Source of the DNA: Candidatus Latescibacterota bacterium
GTDB lineage: Bacteria; Latescibacterota; UBA2968; UBA8231
DNA: 64,000 bases
Reading direction: 5' to 3'
Assembly: GCA_965248355.1 (NCBI GenBank)
Contig: OZ252098.1
Location: forward strand, 5,344,001 to 5,408,000
The translations under genes and the position numbers were made by a program. Below, piece by piece: positions 19,985 through 31,603 of the stretch; within the stretch, counting starts at the first letter, position 1, and every line of letters begins with the position of its first letter. Under the pieces are notes generated by a model. It saw only the letters and a list, made by a program, of their open reading frames with translations. It did not search any database and was not told the DNA's origin.

Positions 19985-21687
19985 CGGCCACGGTTCAGGC
20001 CGCTGCGGCCCTCGCGGCCGTCCTCTTCGGGCTCGCGGGCGCAGCCGCCGCCGACTTGGCGGGGCGTCGGGGGCCGGCCCATGCCCTCCGGCTCCTTTCC
20101 GGGCTCGCATCGGCCGTGTTCGCCGCGGGCGTGGCCAGCGCCGGACCCTTCGACATGTCCTTGGGTTCGTGGATGGAAGTAGGCGGCGCCAGCGTCGGAT
20201 TCCGCCTGCGAGGCGACGGGACCGCGGCGGCGGCGGTGGGCTCCGCCGCCGTCCTCGGCCTGCTGTATCCGCTCGCGCAGCCCGGCCTCGACGGCCCCCG
20301 GCGCGCGCTGATCACGGCGACCACCGCCGGGGTCGTCCTGCTCTCGTGCGCCGCGGACTGGTTCCCCCTGCTGCTGGGATGGGAGATCGCCGCGGCCGCC
20401 CTGCTGGTGACGGCGGCGACGTCCACGGCCGTCTCCGGGGCCGGGGCCCGCCGGCTCCTGTGGCTGACCCGCATCGGTTCGGTAGCCTTGGTGGCCGCCG
20501 CCGTGACCACCCTGGCGGCGGGCGGCGCCCAGGGCGGCATCGACTGGACCGCGGCGCCCACGGCCCGGCTCCTGGCCCTGGCCGCCGTCATCGCCCTCGG
20601 CGCCTGGCCTCTCCACCAGTGGATCCTGGAGGTGTCGCCGTGCCCGGCGGCCGGTGCCGCGGCGGCCGCCCTCACCGTGGCCGGCGCCGCCCTCCTGGCC
20701 CGGGTCGGTCCCGGCCCGGGGCCGCTGCAGGAGGCGGTCTTCGGGTTCGGTCTGGTCGCCGCCGCCGCCGCCTCGGCCGCGGCCCTGGCCAGCCGCGGCC
20801 TCCGCCGGACTCCGGCGTGGATCGCGGTCGCCCAGGCCGGCCTGATCGCGGCGGCCATGGCTGCCGGTCCACCATCGGGCTGGCTGTTGCTGGCGGCGGC
20901 CCTGTGCGCCCGCCTCTGCCTGTCCACGGGGATAGGACGCCTGCGGGCCGCTCTGCCGGCCGCGGAACGGCTGGACGAACTCGGCGGGCTGGCCGCCTCC
21001 CTGCCGGCGGCCCGGTGGTTGTGCCTGGCCGGAGCCCTGACCCCCGTTCTCTCCCTAACCGGCCTGTGGGGCCAGGCCCTTCTGCTGCAGCATGCCTGGG
21101 GCGGCTACGGACCCGCCGGGCTCGGTGTCGCCCTGCTGGTCCTGGCCCTGGCCGTGTTCCCCTTGGTCAGGCTCGCCCTTCCACCCTTTGCCGGGTCGGC
21201 TTCCCAGGCCTCCCTGGGGAAGCTGGATCGGCCGGCCCTTCCGGTCGTGGCCGGCCTGGTCCCGGCCGGGCTGGCGTTTACGGCTCTTCCCGGTCTTTCC
21301 TGGTGGTGGCTGACGCCGCCCCCGGCGCAGGGACTCGCCCTGGCCGCCACGGCCAATGCCGCGGCCCTGGGGATCTCCGTCCTGATCTGGCGCGGAGGAT
21401 TGAAACCGGCCCCGGCGCCCGCCTCGGCCACTCGCCGGCTCGCCGCCGCCGGGTTTGGCGCCGCAGCCGCCCTGCAGGCGGTCTCGGGCGCGGCCACTTC
21501 CCTGGGCCGCGGCCTGTGGACCTTCGTCGACAGCGCCGTCATCGGCGGAGCCTGGGGCGCCATGGACCTGATCCTGCGTGGCGCGGGCTGGCTGCTGGCG
21601 CGGGTGGAGGACGACCACAGGCCGGTATGGGCCGCGGCCCTGGCCGCGGGCACGGCGCTCGCGGTCCTGTGGTCCCTGGGAGGCTGA
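19981..21687 (+). CDS. Highly divergent NuoL-like antiporter-like subunit
   Basis: GTGA overlap. SWMEVGGASVGFRLRGD, LLLGWE, TRIG, WPLHQW, LDELGGL and LWTFVDSAVI. Confidence 0.75.
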   Translation: MTATVQAAAALAAVLFGLAGAAAADLAGRRGPAHALRLLSGLASAVFAAGVASAGPFDMSLGSWMEVGGASVGFRLRGDGTAAAAVGSAAVLGLLYPLAQPGLDGPRRALITATTAGVVLLSCAADWFPLLLGWEIAAAALLVTAATSTAVSGAGARRLLWLTRIGSVALVAAAVTTLAAGGAQGGIDWTAAPTARLLALAAVIALGAWPLHQWILEVSPCPAAGAAAAALTVAGAALLARVGPGPGPLQEAVFGFGLVAAAAASAAALASRGLRRTPAWIAVAQAGLIAAAMAAGPPSGWLLLAAALCARLCLSTGIGRLRAALPAAERLDELGGLAASLPAARWLCLAGALTPVLSLTGLWGQALLLQHAWGGYGPAGLGVALLVLALAVFPLVRLALPPFAGSASQASLGKLDRPALPVVAGLVPAGLAFTALPGLSWWWLTPPPAQGLALAATANAAALGISVLIWRGGLKPAPAPASATRRLAAAGFGAAAALQAVSGAATSLGRGLWTFVDSAVIGGAWGAMDLILRGAGWLLARVEDDHRPVWAAALAAGTALAVLWSLGG

Positions 21688-21703
21688 GGTGGACGCCGTC
21701 TCC

Positions 21704-23146
21704 ATGACCCTGGGCCTCGTGATGCTGCCTCTCGGGACGGCGCTGGTACTCGCTCTGGCGCCGCTGCAGGGGATCGCCGCACGGAGGGTCTCGACGGGCG
21801 CCGCAGCAGGCCTGCTGGTTCTCGCCTCCTTCTTCTGTTTCTCATCCGGCGGCCCGGCGCCCCCGGCCCAAGGGCTCTCCCTGTCGTGGCCACCGGCGGC
21901 GGGCTCGGGGTTGTCACTGGCCGTCGACGGCCTCAACCGGTACGCCCTGCTGGCCCTGGCGGCGGTGGTGCTGGTGGCGGTGAGCGTCGAGGGCCGCTTC
22001 GGAGGGAGCGCCAGCCGGGCCCGGCTGGCCCTGGCCCTGACCTGCGCCGCGGGCCTGGCACTCGTCCTCACCTCCCGCGACCTGATGCTGGCTGCCGCTG
22101 GCCACGGCCTGGCCGGACTGGCCCTGGGGGCGGTCCTCGGTCTGGGCACCGAGGCCGGCAGCGAGCGCGCCGGCCGCCGCTTCGCCCGCTGGGCCGTGAG
22201 CGGCTCACTCCTGCTGGCCGCCGCCGCGGCCCTGTGCGGCGCCGGGGCCGGCACGACCCTCGTCGACGAGCTCGCCGTCATGGGGGTCTCGAACGGGGGA
22301 GCCGCGGCGGCCCTGGGGGCAGCGGCCCTGGCCATGCAGATCCCCCTCGTGCCCTTCCACACCTGGCTTGTTCCGGTGTGCACGAGCGGCGCCCTCTCCG
22401 GGAGAATCCTCGTGGCCGGCGCCTGGTGCGTGGTGGGGGTCTTCGGCCTGTTGAGATTCGGGCTGGCCCTGTTTCCGGCCGAGGCGCTGGCGGCCTCGCC
22501 GTGGCCCGTCCTGTGGGCGGGCTCGAGCGCTGCCTGGACGGCCGTGCTGGCCCTTGTCCAGGCGCGCCCCGGCCTGGTGCGCCGCGTGGCGCTGGCCGTG
22601 GCCTCCACCGGCGGCCTGATGGCCGCGGGAGCCCTGGAACCGGGCGGCCTCCAGGCCGTGGGGGCCGCCGCCCTGGCTGCCGGCATCGCCCTGCCGCGCG
22701 CCGGCCTGCTGGTGCTCGCCGTGTGGATCGAGGACCGGCGCGCCGGCGGTCTGCGCACCGCGAGCGCCTGGGTCGTCCTGAGCCTGATCGTGGCCGCGGC
22801 CCCGGGGGGCGGCGCCCTGCCCGGGTGGCTGACGCTGCTTGTGGGGGCCCTGGCCGCGCACCCGGGGATCGGCTGGCTCCTGGTTCTTTCCACGGGAGCC
22901 CTCGGGTTGGCCCTGCTGGAGCCGGCGGTGGACCTGGCGAGGAGACCGGCTTCAGCCTCCCGGGCGGCTCTGCGCCTGGTCCTGGCCCTCGCCATCGTCT
23001 CCGCCGGGGTCGTGGGCCTGCGGCCCGAGCCCCTTCTTTCGGGAGCCCGCCCCGTCGTCCAGGGAATGCTGTCGCGCTCCCCGGCCGACCTGGATCGAGC
23101 CGGGGATGCGGCCCGGGCCTGGCCGTCGGCCGAGGTCCTCCCATGA
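21704..23146 (+). CDS. Highly divergent NuoM-like antiporter-like subunit
   Basis: Start ATG 21704 or GTG 21689. LAVDGLN, SRDL, IPLVPFHTWL, GVFGLLRF and GLRPEPLL. Confidence 0.75.
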   Translation: MTLGLVMLPLGTALVLALAPLQGIAARRVSTGAAAGLLVLASFFCFSSGGPAPPAQGLSLSWPPAAGSGLSLAVDGLNRYALLALAAVVLVAVSVEGRFGGSASRARLALALTCAAGLALVLTSRDLMLAAAGHGLAGLALGAVLGLGTEAGSERAGRRFARWAVSGSLLLAAAAALCGAGAGTTLVDELAVMGVSNGGAAAALGAAALAMQIPLVPFHTWLVPVCTSGALSGRILVAGAWCVVGVFGLLRFGLALFPAEALAASPWPVLWAGSSAAWTAVLALVQARPGLVRRVALAVASTGGLMAAGALEPGGLQAVGAAALAAGIALPRAGLLVLAVWIEDRRAGGLRTASAWVVLSLIVAAAPGGGALPGWLTLLVGALAAHPGIGWLLVLSTGALGLALLEPAVDLARRPASASRAALRLVLALAIVSAGVVGLRPEPLLSGARPVVQGMLSRSPADLDRAGDAARAWPSAEVLP

Positions 23147-24549
23147 AATGGACCGACCTGGTCCGCCCGGACCTGGCGCCGGAGGCGAGCCTGGGCCTGC
23201 TGGCCATCGGCCTGGCGCTGCTCGACGCACTGCTCTGGCCGCGCCGCTCCAGCCGGGCCCCGTCGTACCTCACGTTGGGCGGCCTGCTCGTGGCGGTATC
23301 TCTCTCCCTGCAGACCTGGGACCCCGTCTTCCACCGGCGGCACGGCTGGCTCTACGCCGACCCGGCGGCCACCCTCGCCGACCTTCTGATCCTCGGCGGG
23401 GCCGTGCTCGCGGCCCTGCTGGCGGCCGGCGAGCCCTCCCGGGCCGGTGACCGGACCGCGGCGGGGGTCCTGACCGCCCTGAGCGCCCTGGGCGCCATGG
23501 TCGCCGTCTCCGCCCGGGATCTCATGGTGCTGTTCGTCGGTCTCGAGCTCAGCACCCTGAGCCTGCTCGCCTACAACGCCCTGGGTCCGGCCGCCGCCGC
23601 TCGCGCCGCCCTGCGCCAGGCCGGGCCCTGGGCCGCGGCCACGGGGCTGATCCTGGTGGGCATCGCCTGCCTGTGGGCCGGGGCCGGCACCTCCGACTGG
23701 GATCTGGCCCGGGACATGCGTCCCTGGTCTGCCGGGCTGACGGTCACCGGGGGGGCGCTCCTGCTGGCCGGCCTCGCCGTGCGCGCCGGGGCCGTGCCCT
23801 TCCACTTCTGGGTGAGCGAGGTCACAGCCGGCTGCGCTCCCTCGGCGGTGCTGCTGACCGTGGCCACCGCCGTGGTGCCGGCCCTCCTGGTCGCCGGCCG
23901 GCTGGCGGAGGTCCTGGCCGCCGTCCGCCCGGACCTGCGCTCTCTGCTGCTGGCCGCGGCGATCCTGACGGTGACGGCCGGCAACCTCCTGGCCCTGCCC
24001 CGGCGGAGGCTCGCACGGCTGCTCTCGTACGGCGTGGTGATCCAGGCGGGCTATGCCCTGGCGGCCCTGGCCGCCGTCCCGGTGGGGTCCTCGCCCGCCC
24101 TGTGGCTGCAACTGGCCGCGATGATCCTCGCCATCGCCGGCGGACTGTCGGTGAGCGGCCTCATCGGCCGCGGAGGGACGGCGGCCGGCCTGGCCCGCCG
24201 GAAACCGCTTGCCGGCGCCGCCCTGTGCGTTTGCCTGATCGCCCTGGCCGGCCTGCCGCCAACGGCCGCCTTCGCCGCACGTGCGGTTCTGTTCTCGGGT
24301 CTCGCGGAACCTCTGTCGGCGGCCTCGGTGCTGGTGCTGGCCAACGCCCTGCTCACCGCCTGGGTCTTCCTCCGCTTCGCCGCCCGTGTGGCCTGGGGGC
24401 GGGAGGAGGCCCCAGGGGACCTGTCGCCGGATGCCGGGAGCCTGTCGGCGGCGCTCCTGAGCGCCGGTCTGCTGCTGATGCTGGGCCTGTGGCCGGCGCC
24501 GCTGGCCCGGGCCGCGGAGGCCGCCGGGCTGGCGGCCGGGCTGAGATGA
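23143..24549 (+). CDS. Divergent NuoN-like antiporter-like subunit
   Basis: ATGA overlap. LAPE, DLMVLFVGLELS, AVPFHFW, GNLLAL..RLARLLSY, LAGLPPTAAF and LGLWPAPL. Confidence 0.85.
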   Translation: MKWTDLVRPDLAPEASLGLLAIGLALLDALLWPRRSSRAPSYLTLGGLLVAVSLSLQTWDPVFHRRHGWLYADPAATLADLLILGGAVLAALLAAGEPSRAGDRTAAGVLTALSALGAMVAVSARDLMVLFVGLELSTLSLLAYNALGPAAAARAALRQAGPWAAATGLILVGIACLWAGAGTSDWDLARDMRPWSAGLTVTGGALLLAGLAVRAGAVPFHFWVSEVTAGCAPSAVLLTVATAVVPALLVAGRLAEVLAAVRPDLRSLLLAAAILTVTAGNLLALPRRRLARLLSYGVVIQAGYALAALAAVPVGSSPALWLQLAAMILAIAGGLSVSGLIGRGGTAAGLARRKPLAGAALCVCLIALAGLPPTAAFAARAVLFSGLAEPLSAASVLVLANALLTAWVFLRFAARVAWGREEAPGDLSPDAGSLSAALLSAGLLLMLGLWPAPLARAAEAAGLAAGLR

Positions 24550-24794
24550 GCTCGCGCGGGGGCCGTCCGCCCGGGGCGCTGGGCGAGATCGGCCGCCTCG
24601 GCGGCCTCGGGGCGCAGTTCGCGGTGACCGTGGCCTTGTGCGCCGCCGCCGGCTGGTGGGCCGACGGCGAGTTGGGAACGTCGCCGTGGCTGCTGCTGGC
24701 CGGGGCCTTCGCCGGCGCCGTGGCCGCCTTCTACCAGGTCTGCCGGGCCCTGACCTCCGGCGACCGCCCGAAGGACCTCGAGGAAGGAGAATGA
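24546..24794 (+). CDS. AtpZ/AtpI-family ATP synthase accessory protein
   Basis: ATGA overlap with the NuoN-like stop. GWWADGELGTSPWLLLAG is the typical GxxLDxxxxTxPW signature. Confidence 0.8.
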   Translation: MSSRGGRPPGALGEIGRLGGLGAQFAVTVALCAAAGWWADGELGTSPWLLLAGAFAGAVAAFYQVCRALTSGDRPKDLEEGE

Positions 24795-25093
24795 TCATGC
24801 AGGATCCATGGATCGCCGCCGCGGCCGGCGCGGTGGTGGCCGCGGTCAGCGCCGCCATCGCCTGGGCGGGTCTGCGCCTGGGAGCGCGCCACCCGCGGGC
24901 CCTGGTGGCGGCCATCCTCGGCGGCACGGCAATCAGGCTGCTGCTGGTGGCCGCCGTCTCCATTCTGCTGCTGTGGTTCACCGATACTCACCGCACCGGC
25001 TACGCCGCCGGCCTGGGGGTGGCCTACCTGGTCTTCCTCGCTCTGGAGGTGGTACTCGTCGCCCGCGGCGCCGGCCGGAGGCAGCCGCCCTGA
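24791..25093 (+). CDS. ATP synthase protein I-like membrane protein
   Basis: ATG 24791 after AGGAAGGAG. Hydrophobic, with GGTAIRLLL and YLVFLALEV. Directly precedes atpB. Confidence 0.65.
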   Translation: MIMQDPWIAAAAGAVVAAVSAAIAWAGLRLGARHPRALVAAILGGTAIRLLLVAAVSILLLWFTDTHRTGYAAGLGVAYLVFLALEVVLVARGAGRRQPP

Positions 25094-25099
25094 GGCCTG

Positions 25100-25128
25100 T
25101 TGACAAGAACCTGGAGCACACTCATTTT
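25100..25128 (+). promoter_or_regulatory. Possible internal sigma-70 promoter upstream of atpB
   Basis: TTGACA (25100-25105), 17 nt, CATTTT, inside an AT-richer 120-bp intergenic gap. Confidence 0.45.
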
Positions 25129-25213
25129 TGCACCGGCCCGCAACGGCCAACCACCAAGTTTTACAATTCCTTAGTCTTTTCCAGCACCCCTGGCCACCTC
25201 CTGGGGGGAGTCG

Positions 25214-26065
25214 ATGGCAGGAGAGGCGTCCGCCGGCGGCGCAGACAATCAGGTAGACGTCATCGGGCACGTCCTGGACCACGATTCCCTGGAGGTGCCC
25301 TTCGTCAACGCCCAACACATCTTCGACGGCCACATCGATCTGCGGGGCCTGTCCGAGGCGCTCGGGCTGTCCGAGCCGATCTTCGGCATCGACATGTCCA
25401 TCACCCGCCACGTGGTGATGATGTGGCTGGCCAGTGGACTCCTCGTCCTCACCATGCTGGCCTGCTTCCGCCGCCCCGCCCTGGTGCCGTCGGGTCTGGC
25501 CAACCTCCTGGAGACGATCGTCCTGTTCCTGCGGGACGAGGTGGTCCTGCCCGTCATGGGAGAGGGGGGCCGCGCCTACCTGCCGTTCCTGCTCACCGTG
25601 TTCTTCTTCATCCTGTACTGCAACCTCTTCGGCCTGCTGCCGTACAGCGCCACGGCGACCGGGAACATCAGCGTCACCGCCGCCCTCGCCCTGATCTCCT
25701 TCGCCGTCACCCAGGGGGCGGGCATCCTCAACAACGGCTTCTTCGGCCACTGGAGGAACCTGGTGCCGTCGGGCCTGCCGGCGCCGCTGCTGATCATCCT
25801 CGTCCCCATCGAGATCATCGGCATGCTGGCCAAGCCCTTCGCCCTGTGCATCCGCCTGTTCGCCAACATGATCGCCGGCCACATCGCCATCCTCGTCTTC
25901 CTCGGCATGATCATCATGCTGAAGAGCTACCTGGTGGCCCCGGCCTCGGTGGTCCTGGCGGCCGCGCTCTACCTGCTGGAGATCTTCATCGCCTTCATCC
26001 AGGCCTTCATCTTCACGCTGCTCACGGCCCTGTTCGTGAACATGGCCGCCCACCCGGAACACTGA
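25214..26065 (+). CDS. atpB: F0F1 ATP synthase subunit a
   Basis: NLFGLLP, TATGNISVT, KPFALCIRLFANMIAGH and LEIFIAFIQAFIF. Confidence 0.97.
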   Translation: MAGEASAGGADNQVDVIGHVLDHDSLEVPFVNAQHIFDGHIDLRGLSEALGLSEPIFGIDMSITRHVVMMWLASGLLVLTMLACFRRPALVPSGLANLLETIVLFLRDEVVLPVMGEGGRAYLPFLLTVFFFILYCNLFGLLPYSATATGNISVTAALALISFAVTQGAGILNNGFFGHWRNLVPSGLPAPLLIILVPIEIIGMLAKPFALCIRLFANMIAGHIAILVFLGMIIMLKSYLVAPASVVLAAALYLLEIFIAFIQAFIFTLLTALFVNMAAHPEH

Positions 26066-26302
<237 letters not shown>

Positions 26303-26303
26303 C

Positions 26304-26807
26304 ATGGACCTGCTCAGCCCCCATCCCGGCCTCATCCTGTGGACGATCATCACCTTCGTGGTCGTGCTCCTCATCCTCAGGGCGAAGGTGTGGGGTCCGC
26401 TGCTGGCGGCCCTGGACGAGCGCGAGAAGCGCATCCGCGAGTCTCTCGAGAGCGCCGACCGGGCCCGCCAGGAAGCCCAGGCCCGGCTGGCGGAGCACGA
26501 GGAGAGGCTGGCCCGGGCCGAGTCCGAGGCGCGCCGCATCGTGGCCGAGGCACGGGAGGCCGCCGAGCAGGTCGGGGCCCGCATCGTCGAGGAGGCCCGC
26601 CAGGAGGCGCAGCGCACGGCCGAGCGTGCCTCCGAGAGCATCGAAGCGGAGAAGCGCGCCGCCCTCGTGGAGCTGCGCGAAGCGGCGGCCGACATGGCCG
26701 TGCAGGCCGCCGGCGCCATCCTCGACGCCGAGCTCGACGCCGGGCGCAACCGCAAGCTCGCCGACGACTTCATCGGACGTCTGCCGCAGGCGCAGGGGTT
26801 GGGCTAG
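26304..26807 (+). CDS. atpF: F0F1 ATP synthase subunit b
   Basis: [26 protein letters not shown], coiled coil. Confidence 0.95.
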   Translation: MDLLSPHPGLILWTIITFVVVLLILRAKVWGPLLAALDEREKRIRESLESADRARQEAQARLAEHEERLARAESEARRIVAEAREAAEQVGARIVEEARQEAQRTAERASESIEAEKRAALVELREAAADMAVQAAGAILDAELDAGRNRKLADDFIGRLPQAQGLG

Positions 26808-26824
26808 GGGGACGGGACCGCCCG

Positions 26825-27367
26825 ATGGCGAAGGCAACCGAGCTGGTCCGGCGCTACGCCGTGACCCTCCTCGAGGCGGCGGAGGAAACCGGCGCCAACG
26901 GTGACGTGCGCCGCGACCTGGAGGGCCTGGCCGCCACCCTGCGCGCTTCCGCGGAGTTGCGGGAGTTCCTCGGCAACCGCCTCGTCGACGGGGCCACCGC
27001 CTCGACAGCGCTGGAGGCGCTGCTGGCCGGGAAGGTGCAGCCCCTCACCCTCAACTTCGCCCGCCTCGTCGCCGGCCGGCGGCGCGGACACGCCCTGGCC
27101 GACATGGTCGACGCGGCCCTGGCCATGCTCGACGAGCGCGCCGGGATCGATACGGCCGAGGTGCGCAGCGCCGCGCCCCTCACGCCCGGGCAGATCGAAG
27201 CTCTGGAGGGCCGCCTGTCCCGCTACACCGGCCGGGCGGTGAGCGTGCAGGTCCAGGTGGACGAGTCGCTCCGCGGCGGCCTCATCGCCCGCATCGGCGA
27301 CACCGTCTTCGACGCCTCCGTCGACACCCAGCTGCGCCGTCTCCGGCACCAGCTCGTTACCGCCTGA
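26825..27367 (+). CDS. atpH: F1 delta subunit
   Basis: ATG 26825. RRYAVTLL and VDESLRGGLIARIGDTVFDASV. Confidence 0.93.
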   Translation: MAKATELVRRYAVTLLEAAEETGANGDVRRDLEGLAATLRASAELREFLGNRLVDGATASTALEALLAGKVQPLTLNFARLVAGRRRGHALADMVDAALAMLDERAGIDTAEVRSAAPLTPGQIEALEGRLSRYTGRAVSVQVQVDESLRGGLIARIGDTVFDASVDTQLRRLRHQLVTA

Positions 27368-27391
27368 CCACTTTTCCAACGAGAGACCGAC

Positions 27392-28917
<1,526 letters not shown>

Positions 28918-28918
<1 letters not shown>

Positions 28919-29772
28919 TGGCGACGCTTCGGCAACTCCGCACGCGGGTCGCGTCGATCACCAACATCCAGCGGGTGACGAACGCCATGTACATGGTGGC
29001 CGCCGCCAAGATGCGCCGCGCCCAGGATGCGATCGAGTCCGCCCGCCCCTACGCCGAGCAGATCGACCAGACCCTGGGGCGCATCCAGGGCAGCGTCGAA
29101 TCCGATCATCCCCTCTTCCGGCAGCGTCCGGCCCGGCGTCTGTCGGTGGTCCTGGTCAGCGCCGACCGCGGTCTGTGCGGCGGCTTCAACAGCAACATCG
29201 GACGCCAGGCCCGCCTCGAGCTGGAGTCCCACGCCGGCGTCGACATCGAGCTGATCACCGTGGGCCGCAAGGGGCGCGACTTCCTGGCCAGGCGGGGATT
29301 CGCGGCCGCCCGGCATCACGCCGACGTCTTCCGGCAGCTCCAGTTCGTCACCGCCGCGCAGATCGCCAGGAGGCTGACCGCCGAGTACGCCGAGGAGCGC
29401 ACCGACCGGGCCCTGCTGATCTTCTCCGAGTTCCGGTCCGTAGCCAGGCAGGTGCCGGTGGTACGCCAGCTGTTGCCTATCGCGCCCCCGGAGGACCCGG
29501 CCTCGGCGGCGGGCGGCTGCATCTTCGAGCCCGGTCCGGAGCGGTTGCTGGAAGCGCTCGTGCCGCGCCACGTGAGCTTCCAGGTCTGGCGGGCCCTGCT
29601 GGAGACGAACGCCGGGTTCTTCGCCGCCCAGATGGCGGCCATGGACAACGCCACCAGGAATGCCGGAGACCTGGTTACGGAGCTGACCCGCGAGGTCAAC
29701 AAGGAGCGCCAGAGCTCGATCACCCTGGAACTGATGGACATCATCGGCGGCGCCGAAGCCGTCGCCCAGTAA
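28918..29772 (+). CDS. atpG: F1 gamma subunit
   Basis: VTNAMYMVAAAK, DRGLCGGFN, MAAMDNAT.NA and RQSSITLELMDI. Confidence 0.97.
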
Positions 29773-31188
<1,416 letters not shown>

Positions 31189-31191
31189 CCC

Positions 31192-31593
31192 ATGGCCGAC
31201 TATCCCCTGCGCGTCGTCACCCCGGAGCGCGTCCTGTTCTCGGGGCCGGTGTCGAGCCTGCGGGCGCCCGGCAGCGAGGGGTCCTTCGGCGTGCTGGCGC
31301 GCCACGCCCCCATGGTGGCGGCCCTGAAGACGGGTACCCTGTCCTTCGTGGAGGAGGGCGGGCGCCGGTCCCTCGCGGTCAGCGGCGGCTTCGTCGAGGT
31401 CTCCGGCGAGGGGGTCGCGGTGCTGGCCGAGACGGCCGAGTACGACTCCGAGATCGACGTGCCTCGCGCCGAGACCGCCCGCGAGCGGGCCCGGCAACGG
31501 CTGAGCTCGCAGATCGACATCGACGTCGAGCGCGCCCGGGCGGCGCTGCTGCGGGCCCTGACCCGCCTTCGGGTCGCCGACGCGAGTCCCTGA
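31192..31593 (+). CDS. atpC: F1 epsilon subunit
   Basis: VVTPER, GSFGVLARHAP and VSGGFVEV. Confidence 0.95.
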   Translation: MADYPLRVVTPERVLFSGPVSSLRAPGSEGSFGVLARHAPMVAALKTGTLSFVEEGGRRSLAVSGGFVEVSGEGVAVLAETAEYDSEIDVPRAETARERARQRLSSQIDIDVERARAALLRALTRLRVADASP

Positions 31594-31603
31594 GGGGGGA
31601 TCG

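Noticed and set aside
19257..24549. Mrp Na+/H+ antiporter operon
   Set aside because: Order J-K-L-M-N after nuoH, no MrpE/F/G-like genes, and the key charged residues are missing.
13132..24549. Labelling the nuo-like genes as pseudogenes or a sequencing artefact
   Set aside because: No frameshifts or premature stops seen, gene junctions are tightly coupled, and the flanking genes are normal, so they are kept as CDS. Relaxed selection remains possible.
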